Notes under the pieces: generated by a model | What the model was told of the DNA's origin: nothing | The model's database searches: none | What the model saw: the letters and a program-made list of their open reading frames with translations, nothing else | Origin: Eledone cirrhosa | Lineage: Eukaryota | Direction: 5' to 3' | DNA length: 64,000 bases | NCBI GenBank assembly: GCA_964016885.1 | Contig: OZ024743.1 | Location: 310,372,001-310,436,000 of the forward strand | Program-made: the position numbers and the translations under genes | In this document: piece by piece, positions 49,200 through 61,790 of the stretch | Layout: each line of letters begins with the position of its first letter | Position numbering within the stretch: position 1 is the stretch's first letter

Positions 49200-50145
49200 T
49201 TTTTTGTTTTTTAAATTCTTATTATCATGAGTGGTTCCTTAATGTGAGCATTGCGTGGCTTAAGATTGAAATTATTATTAATAATATAATATACTTTTTG
49301 TTGAAGTTGCCTGTTGTTGTTGTTGGCTATGTCGGTGGTGGTGCTGGGGCTTTTTCTATTGTTGGTGGAAGCAAGGGGGAAGCAAGCAGTGCCATAGTCG
49401 TTAACGTTTGACCGGGTCACTAAGTCAGTCTATTTATATCTTTTGCTAGCCTCTCCCTTGTCTAGTGATACCGCCACCTTCCCCTTTCTTAAGTTAATAG
49501 AAGGTAGTGGGGTAGTAATGGTGGCGGTGGTGATGGGATAGTGGTAGCAATGATGGAGTGGTGGCGGCGGTGACTGTAGGTATGGCGTTGTTGCTACTTA
49601 CTTCTTTTGAATAGACTGTAGCTAGTATGCGTGACATTGATCTGTATATATATGCGGTTTGTCGCCTATGTTTAATATATATTTTGACATATTTGCTTAA
49701 TATTTGAATTAAACATTTTGAGAAAACATGAGATACAATAATAGTAATTATTATTATTATGCTGGGATTGGTGGTGGTGGTGGTTAAATTACCGTTATCT
49801 GGCTGTTGTATTTAATGTACACGGAGGGGTGGTGGGATAGGTAGCGTATCTAGGTTGTGGTGGTGGTGAAATTGCTGTTATTTGGCAGTTGTATATAGTG
49901 TAGACAGAGGGGGTTTTCTTCCAATTATAACCATTTTCTTTTTTTAATATGATATTTATAATACAAAATTGAATATTTAAGCGATATAACAGGATATTAT
50001 AGGTCATCATTTCCTGAGGATTATACCTGGTGTTTTATGTCACATTTGTACTAAGAATTGTTATATCACAATTGTTTTAAATATGTTAAAAATCAAAAAC
50101 TTACGGGAGCGATTCCATAACACTATATCCACCACGTGCGTCTAC
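49200..50145 (-). mobile_element. Possible 5' portion of another Tx1/L1-like element
   Basis: The minus strand begins GTAGACGCACGTGG...GCTCCCGTAAG, loosely like the Tx1 5' ends GCGACCTACGTAG...GCTCCGCAAAG, next to (AAG)/(AAT)n, with Thr/Pro/Asn-rich low-complexity frames. Confidence 0.35.
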
Positions 50146-50157
50146 TTCTTCTTCTTC

Positions 50158-50207
<50 letters not shown>

Positions 50208-50209
<2 letters not shown>

Positions 50210-51470
50210 AGTTGCATTTATCTTGCTTTATGTTCATACGAGTTATCACCAAGTCACAACCAGTGACCTCAAGAGACAACAAGGTCCGCCATGTTCAAGA
50301 AAGAACATAATATTCACACATGCATCTTTAGTGTTTAGACTTGTGATGTACTTATATTGACAGAATCTTCCTTAGTATATGGGCAGTTCCCATTAGTACT
50401 ATCTTTTCTATTTCTCCTATACGCGGGTTTCCTGGGATTTGCGATAAGTAATCATTAGACCCCTTAGGAATCATTCCCAGAGCGCCTACAACCACTGGTA
50501 TTGTTTTAGTTCTCAATTTCCACATTTTTCCAATTTCTATCTCCAGGTCCTTATACTTGCTCAATTTTTCAAATGTTTTTATAGATACATTCTTGTCTAT
50601 TGGAACAGACATATCAATTAGCAAGCATACCCTCTTTTGAAAGTCCTTCAATATTATATCAGGTCTATTTGCATCTATTTTTCGGTCTGTTTGGATGCTA
50701 AACTTCCACAAGATTGAGATGTAATCTTTTTCAAGTATGGGAGGTGGTTGATGCTCCCACCAATTCTTTTGATGGGGCAGGTCAAAATGCTTACACATTA
50801 TCCAATGTATGTATTGTGCAGCTCTGTCATGTCTGTTTAGGTATTCGGTTGGAGCTATAGGACTGCACATTGAAATTATATGATCAATGGTCTCTGGTTG
50901 TTTTTTGCATACACGGCATAATGGGCTGCACCCATTTTTTATTATGTTGGCTTGGTAACTTTTTGTTGGCAGACACTGATCTTGTGCCGATATAATCAGT
51001 CCTTCAGTCTCCGATTTTAGTCCAGAGGATGCCAACCACTGATGGGTTAAAGGTTTGTCAACATCAGGATTGTTAGCTCGCTCTGGGTATTTTCCATACA
51101 GAGGCTTTTCTTGCCATTTCTTAGCCAGTTTCTGTAGCAGTTCTTTCTTTGCAGTTACTTTTACCTGCTTTGCTTTTTCTGTGTTTTCCATTTCAGCAGT
51201 AAATGGGACTTCTGAAATTTGTAGTCCATTACTGTATCTTTGTGCATCTTTTGTAATGGAATATGATCTTTTGATGCTTTCGTGTTTCAAAACGAGTTTG
51301 ATCATCCAATCATGTGATTCCCTTAGATATGTAGATAATCCAATTGTTGCAGTTTTCAACGCAATGTCTAACTGGATTAACCCACGTCCTCCTTCTTTCC
51401 TAGGGAGATATATTCTATCTATATCTGCCTTAGGGTGATGCATTCTGTGCATGGTTAAGAATTTTCGAAT

Positions 51471-51472
<2 letters not shown>
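50208..51472 (-). mobile_element. Family A copy 2, 5'-truncated, flanked by (ATT)n
   Basis: Open ORF 50352-51452 with CCHC and RPDIILKD...LIDMSVP. Same 3' end acagttgcatttatc. Confidence 0.95.
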
Positions 51473-51507
<35 letters not shown>

Positions 51508-51508
<1 letters not shown>

Positions 51509-51821
51509 TGCATTTATCTTGCTTTATGTTTATACGAGTTATCACCAAGTCACAACCAGTGACCTCAAGAGACATCAAGGTCCGCCATGTTCAAGAAAGA
51601 ACATACATACTCACGAATGCATCTTTAGTGTTTAGACTTGTGATGTACTTATATTGACAGAATCTTCCTTAGTATATGGGCAGTTCCCATTAGTACTATC
51701 TTTTGTATTTCTCCTATACGCGGGTTTCCTGGGATTTGCGATAAGTAATCATTAGACCCCTTAGGTATCATTCCCAGAGCGCCTACAACCACTGGTATTG
51801 TGTTAGTTCTCAACTTCCACA

Positions 51822-51822
<1 letters not shown>
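51508..51822 (-). mobile_element. Family A copy 3, ~315 bp 3' stub, flanked by (ATT)n
   Basis: MWKLRTNTIPVVVGALG...ILSI* plus 3'UTR. Confidence 0.95.
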
Positions 51823-51891
<69 letters not shown>

Positions 51892-51893
<2 letters not shown>

Positions 51894-52835
51894 AGTTGCA
51901 TTTATCTTGCTTTATGTTTATACGAGTTATCACCAAGTCACAACCAGTGACCTCAAGAGACAACAAGGTCCGCCATGTTCAAGAAAGAACACACATATTC
52001 ACACATGCATCCTTAGTGTTTAGACTTGTGATGTACTTATATTGACAGGATCTTCCTTAGTATATGGGCAGTTCCCATTAGTACTATCTTTTGTATTTCT
52101 CCTATACGCGGGTTTCCTGGGATTTGCGATAAGTAGTCGTTAGACCCCTTAGGTATCATTCCCAGAGCGCCTACAACCACTGGTATTGTTTTAGTTCTCA
52201 ATTTCCACATTTTTCCAATTTCTATCTCCAGGTCCTTATACTTGCTCAATTTTTCAAATGTTTTTATAGATACATTCTTGTCTATTGGAACAGACATATC
52301 AATTAGCAGGCATACCCTCCTTTGAAAGTCCTTCAATATTATATCAGGTCTATTTGCATCTATTTTTCGGTCTGTTTGGATGCTAAAGTTCCACAAGATT
52401 GAGATGTGATCTTTTTCAAGTATGGGAGGTGGTTGATGCTCCCACCAATTCTTTTGATGGGGCAGGTCAAAATGCTTACACATTATCCAATGTATGTATT
52501 GTGCAGCTCTGTCATGCCTGTTTAGGTATTCGGTTGGAGCTATAGGACTGCACATTGAAATTATATGGTCAATGGTCTCTGGTTGTTTTTTGCATACACG
52601 GCATAATGGGCTGCACCCATTTTTTATTATGTTGGCTTGGTAATTTTTTGTTGGCAGACACTGATCTTGTGCGGATATAATCAGTCCTTCAGTCTCCGAT
52701 TTCAGTCCAGAGGATGCCAACCACTGATGGGTTAAAGTTTTGTCAACATCAGGATTGTTAGCTCGCTCTGGGTATTTTCCATACAGAGGCTTTTCTTGCC
52801 ATTTCTTAGCCAGTTTCTGTAGCAGTTCTTTCTTT
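51892..52835 (-). mobile_element. Family A copy 4, 5'-truncated, flanked by (ATT)n
   Basis: ORF 52037-52720 (CCHC + RLE). Same 3' end. Confidence 0.95.
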
Positions 52836-52864
52836 ATTATTATTATTATTATTATTATTCTTTC

Positions 52865-52915
<51 letters not shown>

Positions 52916-53124
52916 GGCGACCTACGTAGGAAATCGTATTATCATGAGCTCCGCAAAGGTTTGTTATTTCCGTTTGTTTAAAAATTGCCATTTATGGAAA
53001 ATGTTATTGTAAACTGTTTATAAGCACACATACATTGTTTTCCGAAAAGGACACCCAAAAAGATTGGGGCCTTGTGCCCAAAATTTTAACTTTTATTATT
53101 ATCCAAAAATTTATTTGAAAAAAA

Positions 53125-55097
53125 ATGGCTAATTCCCCTCTGCACGAAGCAGCTGAAAGCCTTCCTCACAAAATAACACCTCACACCGACACCACCATTG
53201 TAAATGTTACTACGTTTGCCAACACAAAAAAAAATATAAGCAGTAGCAATATTTTAAATTTGTCTCAGGCAGACATTCATTTCCCGCCATTACCAATGAC
53301 TGCAGGTGTTAAAGCCTCCACCACCACCACCACCGCGACAACAGAAACAAAAGAAGAAAAAGTTAAATTAACTCGTGATGTCGAAATGAAATCAAGCAAA
53401 ATGGACTCTTCCCCACCAAAGACGACTGACGCCACCACCACCACAACTGAAAATAAAATTAATATTAACGATAGCAACAACAACAACAATGACATTATAA
53501 AACCGACCCTCAGTTTCGCCATCGTAGCAAAACAATTCGAAGCGTTCACGGTAACTCAAGAAGATTTAGAAAATGCCAAACAAATGGTAAAGAAAGATGG
53601 GTACAGGGTCAGCCTCACCCCCCCCCCCCCCCTCGCCACACATAATAAAATGGAGCATCGGCGCCTGTGCACCGTGTCGTATAGAACAATAAATGTAAAA
53701 TCGCGCCGAGTGGAACGGGCATCCGAGTCCCAAATCCAAAAAGCTTTGGGACATGTGTGGGCAAGAAAAACCCACATCAGACGTGGGCAAAAGTATGGAA
53801 CCGTGGATGTGTTCTTTGAAACACCAGAGGAGGCTAGAGAACACTCCATGGCCCCATTAAAAAGTGACGACTTCACACTCGTCCCAAGCTATTGTGGCCA
53901 GGGACTCGTAAAGCTCAGGGTGACCCATGTTCCACCGGCCATCGAAATTCCCTGGCTAATAGCGGCTGTCATCGCCGGCATCGAGGCCAACACGAAAATA
54001 ATAACAATAGCAAAAGAAAAGCAGGAAAACTGGTCCGGATCTGGGATGGAGCTCCTGATCCAAGCGGACCAAAAAAGCATTGAGGAGATCCCAGAGGTAA
54101 TAGACCTCACTGACGGCAGCCACCTCACGGTAATTGTCGAGGGCAGAAGACCTAGGTGTGTCGTTTGTGGTGAAGGAACCCACCTAAGGGCTTTCTGCCC
54201 TCAGGCTAAAAGGTTGAGGCCACCTCTCCTACCCACCCCAGTGACACAACCATCAACACCACCAGTAGCAGAGATGCCAGCAACAACTGTAGCAGCAACA
54301 ACAGAAGCAACTATAACAGCAACAACCCCAGCAACAGTAGCAAAACCAACACCACTACCACCACCAGCAAAACCAACACCACCACCACCCAACGCTTCAG
54401 AACTAGCACCAGCGCCTACACCATCCACCACACCACAACCAAAACTAACGGCTGTGGAGGATTTTCCACTCCCCGGCCTATCACAACTGGAGACAGATTG
54501 TGACGACGAGGAGTGGGAAACGATATCCGGAAAAAAAAAAGAAACCAAAAAAGAAAAAATTCGCTTCCTTCCCCCTCCAAAAACAAAATACAGAGGGAAA
54601 CAAATAAACTAAGAAACAAAAAAGTTAGGACAGATATGCCACCATCCACACCAGCATCACCAACCCCATCAACCCAAACACCAACACCATCACCATCATT
54701 AACTCCAACACCACCATCACCTACACCACAAAAGTCACCAAAATGCGAAACAGAAACAAACCCACAACAAACGCAAACAAAACAAAACAACCAAAACGAT
54801 ACACACTACACAGCATTAAATTTGAACAACAAGCAATTATTGCACTACATCCAACACAACACCAGCATCACAGAAAAAGACTACACAACAACCCCAAAAT
54901 TCACACCACCTCCACACATACAAATCACTCGCATCACACAGAAAACGTACATGACACTAAAACAAAAATTCCCCAAAGACATCGGAGACTTCCGACAAGC
55001 ACTCTCCAGGAGGATTTATAAGGACATCCTTCCTGAGGAGGCCACAAGCAGTGAAAAGGATGGAAAAACCGTCCTTCCCCTACGAGAAGTAAGGTAA
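53125..55097 (+). CDS. Tx1-type ORF1 (nucleic-acid-binding protein, CCHC knuckle); frameshift in the A-run ~54531-54560
   Basis: CVVCGEGTHLRAFC (CX2CX4HX4C) and a Pro/Thr-rich tail. ORFs 53125-54612 and 54513-55097 overlap across poly-A. Confidence 0.8.
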
Positions 55098-55131
55098 GTG
55101 GTCTTTCCCATCTTTTCCACTCCTTTTCAAC

Positions 55132-58100
55132 ATGACCTCACTCAGAATAGGCAGCATAAATGCGCGTGGCTTGGGGTCGTCATGGAAGCAGGGCCACCTG
55201 CTCAACGACCTCAGGTCACTAAACATAGATGTAGTGGCCATCAGCGAGACCAGAATCTCCGAAGCACAGGCTTTCGCACCGATCTTCGGCGGCTACGATG
55301 TGTACGCATCTCCCAGCCGTCCGGGATCGGGGGGAGGAGTTGCTGTGCTTTTTCGGAGAGGTTTGGATCTTGCCATACGGGCCATCTTCCTGGACCCAGA
55401 AGGTAAGTTGGTGGTGCTGGACGTGACCAGCGGAGACGGGCAAGCTTTCAGGTTAGTGGCCGTCTATGCCCCGACAGGAGCAGGGCGGCCTGATTTCTTC
55501 CGGCGTCTGGAGACCTTTCTTGGAACGTCCCGCTCTTTAGTGTTAGTGGGCGACTGGAACGGGATCTTAGATGCACGCTGGGATTGTGTGGGATTAGTGG
55601 ATAGGGAAGGAGGGTGCAAGAGTCTCACCAACCTGCTCAGACGTTTTGAACTGTCTGACAGGTACCGAATGGATTTCCCGAATGTACCAATGTGGACTTG
55701 GACAAATCGCATAGGGTCATCCAGATCATATCTAGATAGAGTATTTTGTAGGGAAATAGATAGGTCTAGCATAGGCTGTCCACAATTCAAGATAGTCAGC
55801 TACACGGACCACAAATTCGTGATAAGTGTGCTTGACTTAGATAGGCTTCATAGACGAAGACCCGGCTACTGGAAGCTAAACGCGTCCTTATCAGCGCGCA
55901 AGGCCTACAGAGACCGGATTAGCGAACTAGTTAAGCGGGCGTTGACGGGGGCCATCGTCAACAACAAGTGGTGGTTTGCTCTGAAAAGAGCAATTAGAAT
56001 AGAGTCCATTAGGTTTAGTAAGACTTTAGCAATAGAGAAAAATAGAGCAGAGGGAGAATTAGTTAGAAAATTAGATGAGGCGCTTAGCAAAGGCATCGCG
56101 ACCGACGTACTTGCGGCGAAATTGGCCCTTGAACAATTCTTCAATGCAAAGCACGAAGGCTGCGTTGTCAGAGCTAGGGTGCGTGCTCTCAGACACGAGG
56201 GGACGAAAGCCGTTCAATGGGCCCGAGTGGCGGAGGCGCGTCGTGGCAACAAAGCCACGATCCTGTCTTTGGTGGACCACGACGGGCGCATGCTACTCGA
56301 TCCCGGGCAAATGTGTGAAGCTTTCCAGCGACACTTCGCTCAACTGTTCGGGGGCAGTGGCGGGCCGGATCGAGGGATGGACTTTAGTGTCTACCTCGAC
56401 GGACTGCCGCGGCTTTCGGCCACTGGGGCGGAGTGTTGCGAAAAGCCAATAACAACCGCTGAAGTACGGGATGCAATGACTAGTTGCACAAGGGGTAAAT
56501 CGCCTGGTTTGGATGGTCTGCCCTATGAACTTTACGTACAAATGCCAAACTTGTTCGGAGGCCTCTTGGCGGACGTCTACTGCAACTGGCAACAGAACGG
56601 GAGAATTCCCAGCTCTGTGAGCCGAGGAGCGGTGGCGCTGCTGAGAAAGGATCCGAACAAGGGGGATAACATAGATAATGTTAGGCCCATAACTCTGCTA
56701 AACACAGAGTTCAAGATTTTGGCCAAAGTGCTAGCAAAGAGGTTGGCGCTTGTCGTTGATGGTCTGGTGGGAGAGGCACAGACATGCGCCATTCCCGACA
56801 GATCCCTCCACGACAACCTCCACCTCATGCGATACATCGTAGAAAGGGGAGCTAGGGAACCTGGCACGGGTGGGTCTTTGATCAATTTAGATCAGTCGAA
56901 AGCCTTCGATAGGGTCGACCATCGTTACCTAACGGCAGTCCTGAGGGCGGCTGGCTTTGGGCCCGTCTTCAGAGGCTGGATCGCTGCCATGCACAGCGAC
57001 ATCTGCTCTGTAGTGAGAGTGAACGGTCACCTTTCGGAACCGTTCAACATCATGCGCTCGGTCCGCCAAGGATGTCCCCTCTCGTCCCTATTGTACGTAT
57101 TGACTCTCGAGCCATTACTGCACAAACTGGAGACGTTGAGGGGGGTCCCGCGCGAACTAGGATGCGGAAGATCCGTGTCAGCATATGCCGACGATGTCAC
57201 CGTAGTGGTGTCGAACGCCAAACACATCGAGGCGATCGGCACTACACTAAGAGAATACGAAGCGGTGACAGGAGCAATGATCAACCAGGAAAAGTCAGTG
57301 GGCCTGCAGCTCGGCACCTGGAGAGGCAGGTCCATGCCGTCCAACAGCGTCGTCGGGCGCTGGACGGACGGACCGGTTAAATTGCTAGGGGTCTGGTTCG
57401 GTCCAGACCTCCAGACGGACAAAGACTGGGACGAGGTGACGAGCAGGGTGGCTTCTCTCACCCAGAAATGGGCCGAGAGGAAGCTATCCCTGAAAGGTCG
57501 AGCGGAGGTGGCGAATGCGTACATCGCATCCGTCATCTACTACCGCCTGACCGTCGTACCTTGTCCTAAGCCCCGCCTGACTGCGCTGGAGCGTTTGCTC
57601 TTTCGCTTCTTGTGGAAGGGACGCGCTCCGATGGTCAGGCGGTCCATCTGCTGTCAACACCCGCTACGTGGAGGGCTGGGCATGCCGTGGCTGATGATGC
57701 GCAGACACGCGCTCAGGCTACGACATCTCCACCTCTTCCTCGACGGTGATCAGGTGTGGTCGCCGTTTGCAAGACACGTTTTTCCCCAGCTCGTCTCCTT
57801 GACGGAGCTGCAGTCCTGGGTCAAGCGAAGACCGAGAGGGAGCGCTTGGAAACTGGAATGTCTTCAGCCGCTCACAGCCCTCGACCAATCGGGCAATGTG
57901 ATCGGTGGAAACTCCACCTTGGCTTTCTATAGGGGATTAGTGGAGGGGAAGAGCGACGACGTACTTGGAGAAACTCTAGGCGTCGACGAAAATCAACTAG
58001 CCAATCTCTTCGGAAGGACTTTCGGGCCGGGGCATATGGACAACTTCCAGAAATCCCTGGCCTGGCAGTGCTACCGAGGAGCTTTGCCAGTTCGGGATAA

Positions 58101-58550
58101 ACTCTACAGGCATGGAGGTGCCGTCAGCCGGGATATCGGAGATGCGCGCAGGGCGACGAAACCGTACTGCACGCACTCGTCCAGTGTCCGAGCATTGCTG
58201 ACTTGTGGGTTTATGTCGAACACCTGCTGTCACGTGTAGGACCTATCCAGCTATCAGCTGAGTCCATCGTGAGGATTGCCCCGCCCCCTTCCTTTAGCCT
58301 GGAAGGGCAGGCAGTTTTTATCTGTCTGGTGGCCATGGCGAAAGAGATAGTATGGTGGACACGTTTGAAAGGGCTGAAGACGAGCACTTACCTCTTCGGT
58401 GATACCCTGATTAACTTTTTCAAATTTCATTTGAAAAGGAAAATCAGGGTAGAGAGGGAAGTGCTCTCTTCCCAGCATTTTGTTGAAAGATGGGTGAGAG
58501 AAGCAAGTATGGCCCGAATGAATGGGCCTTCTCTGAGTATGTGTCTGTAA
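55132..58550 (+). CDS. Tx1-type ORF2: APE endonuclease + reverse transcriptase + C-terminal zinc finger; one frameshift ~58135
   Basis: SINARG, ISET, VYAP, GDWN, YLDR, TDH, YWKLN; KSPGLDG, RPITLLN, DQSKAFDRVDH, RQGCPLS, SAYADD; the shifted frame gives RC.QGDETVLHALVQC. Confidence 0.92.
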
Positions 58551-58792
58551 ATTAAAGGTGGAAAACTGGGAGAGGGCACTTGCCCTGGTGGTCAGGGCCA
58601 CTGTGGTCTTTTAATGGGCTTTCTCCACAAATGTCCCTCGGAAGTCTCCCCCCTATTGGGGAATTTTTCTTTGTTATTTTAATTCAACCTCTGTTTTTTT
58701 ACACGCAGAAATGCCCATTTGTACCGTCCTGTATTGCCCTGTACTGTCCTTAATGTCTACTTTATGTGAACCCTTGTGGTTAATAAAGAAAA

Positions 58793-58835
<43 letters not shown>

Positions 58836-58838
58836 GTT

Positions 58839-61761
58839 CTTTGAGTCTCAGTCATTGATGTTAGTTAACTGGAAAGTTTGTTGAAATGAATATCAAGCCA
58901 CTACCTGCAACCTCGGATATTCTGGACGTATCGGAGGGTTCTTGCTGTTCCCAGCAAGCATGCCGTTTGAAGCGTTCCAAAAAGCGTACCGGAGCCAATT
59001 TTCTTTAACCATCCCTGGAAACATTTTGAGATAGTACCTAGTGCGCCTATGACAATCGGGACCACTTTGACTTCATGGCAGTTCCAAATCCTTTTTACCT
59101 CCCACGTTAAGTCCTGTTACCGGTTAATTTTCTCCCTCTCCTTCTCTTGCACTCTCGTGTCGAATGGGCAGGCCACATTCACGATCTTTTTTCCTTGTCC
59201 AAAACCACCAGGTCAGGTCTATTGTATTCCAGTTTCTTGTCCGTCTGTATCCTAAAATCCCACAGCACCTTCACCTGATCGTTTTCTATCACCAACTCTG
59301 GCTTATGCTCATACCATTTCTCAGAATGTGGTAAATTGTTTACTTTGCATAGGTGCCAGTGGATCACCCTGCCCATCACATCATGTCTCCAGCCCTTATA
59401 GTGAGCCCGGGCAAGGTGCTTACACTCGGATACAATGTGAGCCACAGTCTCCTCTCTATCTCCACAGATCCTGCACAGTGTGCTAGCCTCCTCCTTGTAA
59501 ATATGGTTTTTACAACCACTTCGTTTTGAGGGCCTGCTCTTGCGCAGCCATTAGCATTCCTTCTGTAGCCTTTTTAAGGTCTCCTCTTTTCAACCAGTTC
59601 CATGTCTGTGGATCTCTGAATTCAGTTTTCTCAAAGAAGGTACTATGAAGGGATTTTTCATGAAGCCTTATCTTTCTCCTCATTGTTATTTCCTCCTTGG
59701 ACATCCCCTGGTCTATTGTCCTCTCCATCAGTACAATTCTGAGCATTGGCTCCTTACTATCAGTCACGTATTTGTGTAGGTTGTTTTCCTCCATCTGAAC
59801 ACAGTCCTCTGTACTGATAAGACCTCTTCCACCTTCAGATCTCCTTAAGTAGAGTCTATCGACATCACTCCTCTTGTGGAACATGTTGTAGATAGTCAAT
59901 AGCTTCCTAGTCTTCCTATCCATTTCTTTTTGTTCAGCAACATTCCATCTCAGAATTCCCGCACTGTACCTAATAATAGACACAGCTCGGGAATTTACTG
60001 CACTTATGGCATTCGTACTGTTCAGATGTGACTTTAATACGCTCCTTACTCTCCGAATTTATTCAGATCTTATCAATTCCTTCATTTTTTTTTTGTTCTT
60101 GATGTCATCAGCCTCCAGAACACCCAAATACTTGCATCCTTCTTCAGTGTCAATTTCCTTTATCATCTCACATGTTGGTACCTGGATTCCGTTGCTTCTG
60201 CTCAATTTACTCCTCTTCATCACAAGGACTCCACACTTACTAATACCAAATTGCATACATATATCATTGCTGAAAATACGGACAGTGTCAACAAGCACAT
60301 CCAACTCCTCTCACTCTTCCCGAAGAGCTTAAGATCGTCCATGAAGAGAAGGTGATTAATGGTAAGCTCTCCCTTTCCCAACTTGTATCCTGCTCTCACT
60401 TTTCGCAGTATAATGGTCAGGGGCATCAGGGCAAGGACAAACAACAGAGGGGACAGACTATCTCCCTGGAAGATACCTCTCTTGATCGTCACGCCTCCCA
60501 AGGATTCTCCAGCTGATGTTAACTCTGTTTTCCAGGACTTCATACTTTGCCCAACAACTGTCTGATGTTATCTGCCACCTTGAAGATCTCTAGGCTTTTG
60601 GTGATCCAAGAATGAGGCACATGTCAAATGCCTTGTTGTAGTCTATCCATGGCAAGACCAGTGTGTCTCCTCTTGCAATTCCTCATTACTATCTTATCAA
60701 TAAGTAACTGGTCCTTTGTACCACGGGACTTCTTTCGGCATCCTTTCTGTTCGTCCTTAACAAGTTGTTTGTGTGGAGGTGATGGTAGATTTCCTCAGAC
60801 ATAATGCTTGTCAACAGTTTCCACATTACGGACAGACATGTGATAGGTCTATAGTTGGTAACATCATTACCCTTGATTCGGTCTTTCATTACCAGAACTG
60901 TGGAACCTTTTGACAACCACTCTGGTACCTCACCTGACATCAAGCAGGCATTAAACATGGTTGTCAGTTTCGGGTGGAGGGATGTTATATGTTTAATCCA
61001 ATAGCCCTGCACACCATCTGGGCCTGGTGATTTCCAGTTGGTTAGTTTTTTGGCCTGCCCCTTAAGAGTTTCAACTGTGATACTCAAATCAGTCTGTTGG
61101 TGTGCCTGTTCAATAATCTCCTTTTGTACTGTCTCAATCCACACTGCCTGGTCATTATGTTTAACATCCTGCTCCCATATTCCTCTCCAGAGTGTCTTAG
61201 TTTGCTCCGCCTCAGGGATCAAGCCGTTGCCTCTTTCTTTCCCTTCAAGCTGTCCAAACAGCATCTTCTGGTTGTTGTCAAACATGCGGTTCTGTCTATA
61301 CTTACTGACTCTGCTCTCGTATCGCCTAATTTTTGCACTCTTTGCTACAATGCGTTGCTTCAGATCAGATCCTCTATGATAATATTTAGATTTTTCCTCC
61401 TAGTTTTGTACTTTATTTCCAGTCTATTTTTAGTGTCTATGCTATTTAGTGTCCCATTCAGTAGGGACTCAAGCTTTCCAATGTCATTTCTCATTTCCCT
61501 GATTTGACCATTCAGTCGTTTCTTCCCCCAACGTTCTGATCTTTGTTGTTTGTTGTTTCCTCTCGCTTTTATGCCAAGTAATTTCCTCACCACATTTGCT
61601 GTTGCTTTGAGGATATTGTTGCACTGGTGAAGGCTCCTCGCCTCAAGGTATGGGATGACTTTGTTTACCTTAGCTGTTGTTTCTTTTAACTTTTTCCTGT
61701 CTACAAATCTTAGGTACATAGGTTTCCCACTATCATTGTTCAATTCATCTACCACTAAGTT
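58839..61761 (-). mobile_element. R4/Dong-type RLE retrotransposon, family B copy 1 (5'-truncated, frameshifted), flanked by (ATT)n
   Basis: WKSPGPDGVQGYW, NYRPITCL, GIFQGDSLSPLLF, HLLFMDDLKLF, CRIC..ETVAHIVSEC, RPDLVV, LLGTARTLR. Confidence 0.92.
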
Positions 61762-61790
61762 TATTATTATTATTATTATAATTGTTATTA

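Larger units (their letters stand above)
52916..58793 (+). mobile_element. Tx1/L1-clade LINE, full length, flanked on both sides by (ATT)n
   Basis: 5'UTR, ORF1, ORF2, AATAAA at 58782-58787, ending GAAAAC|ATTATT. The same 5' start recurs at 63071. Confidence 0.93.

Noticed and set aside
46112-61507. Antisense ORFs over the LINE ORFs (e.g. 46112-46495, 57027-57536, 61097-61507)
   Set aside because: These are shadow frames of retroelement coding sequence with no motifs.
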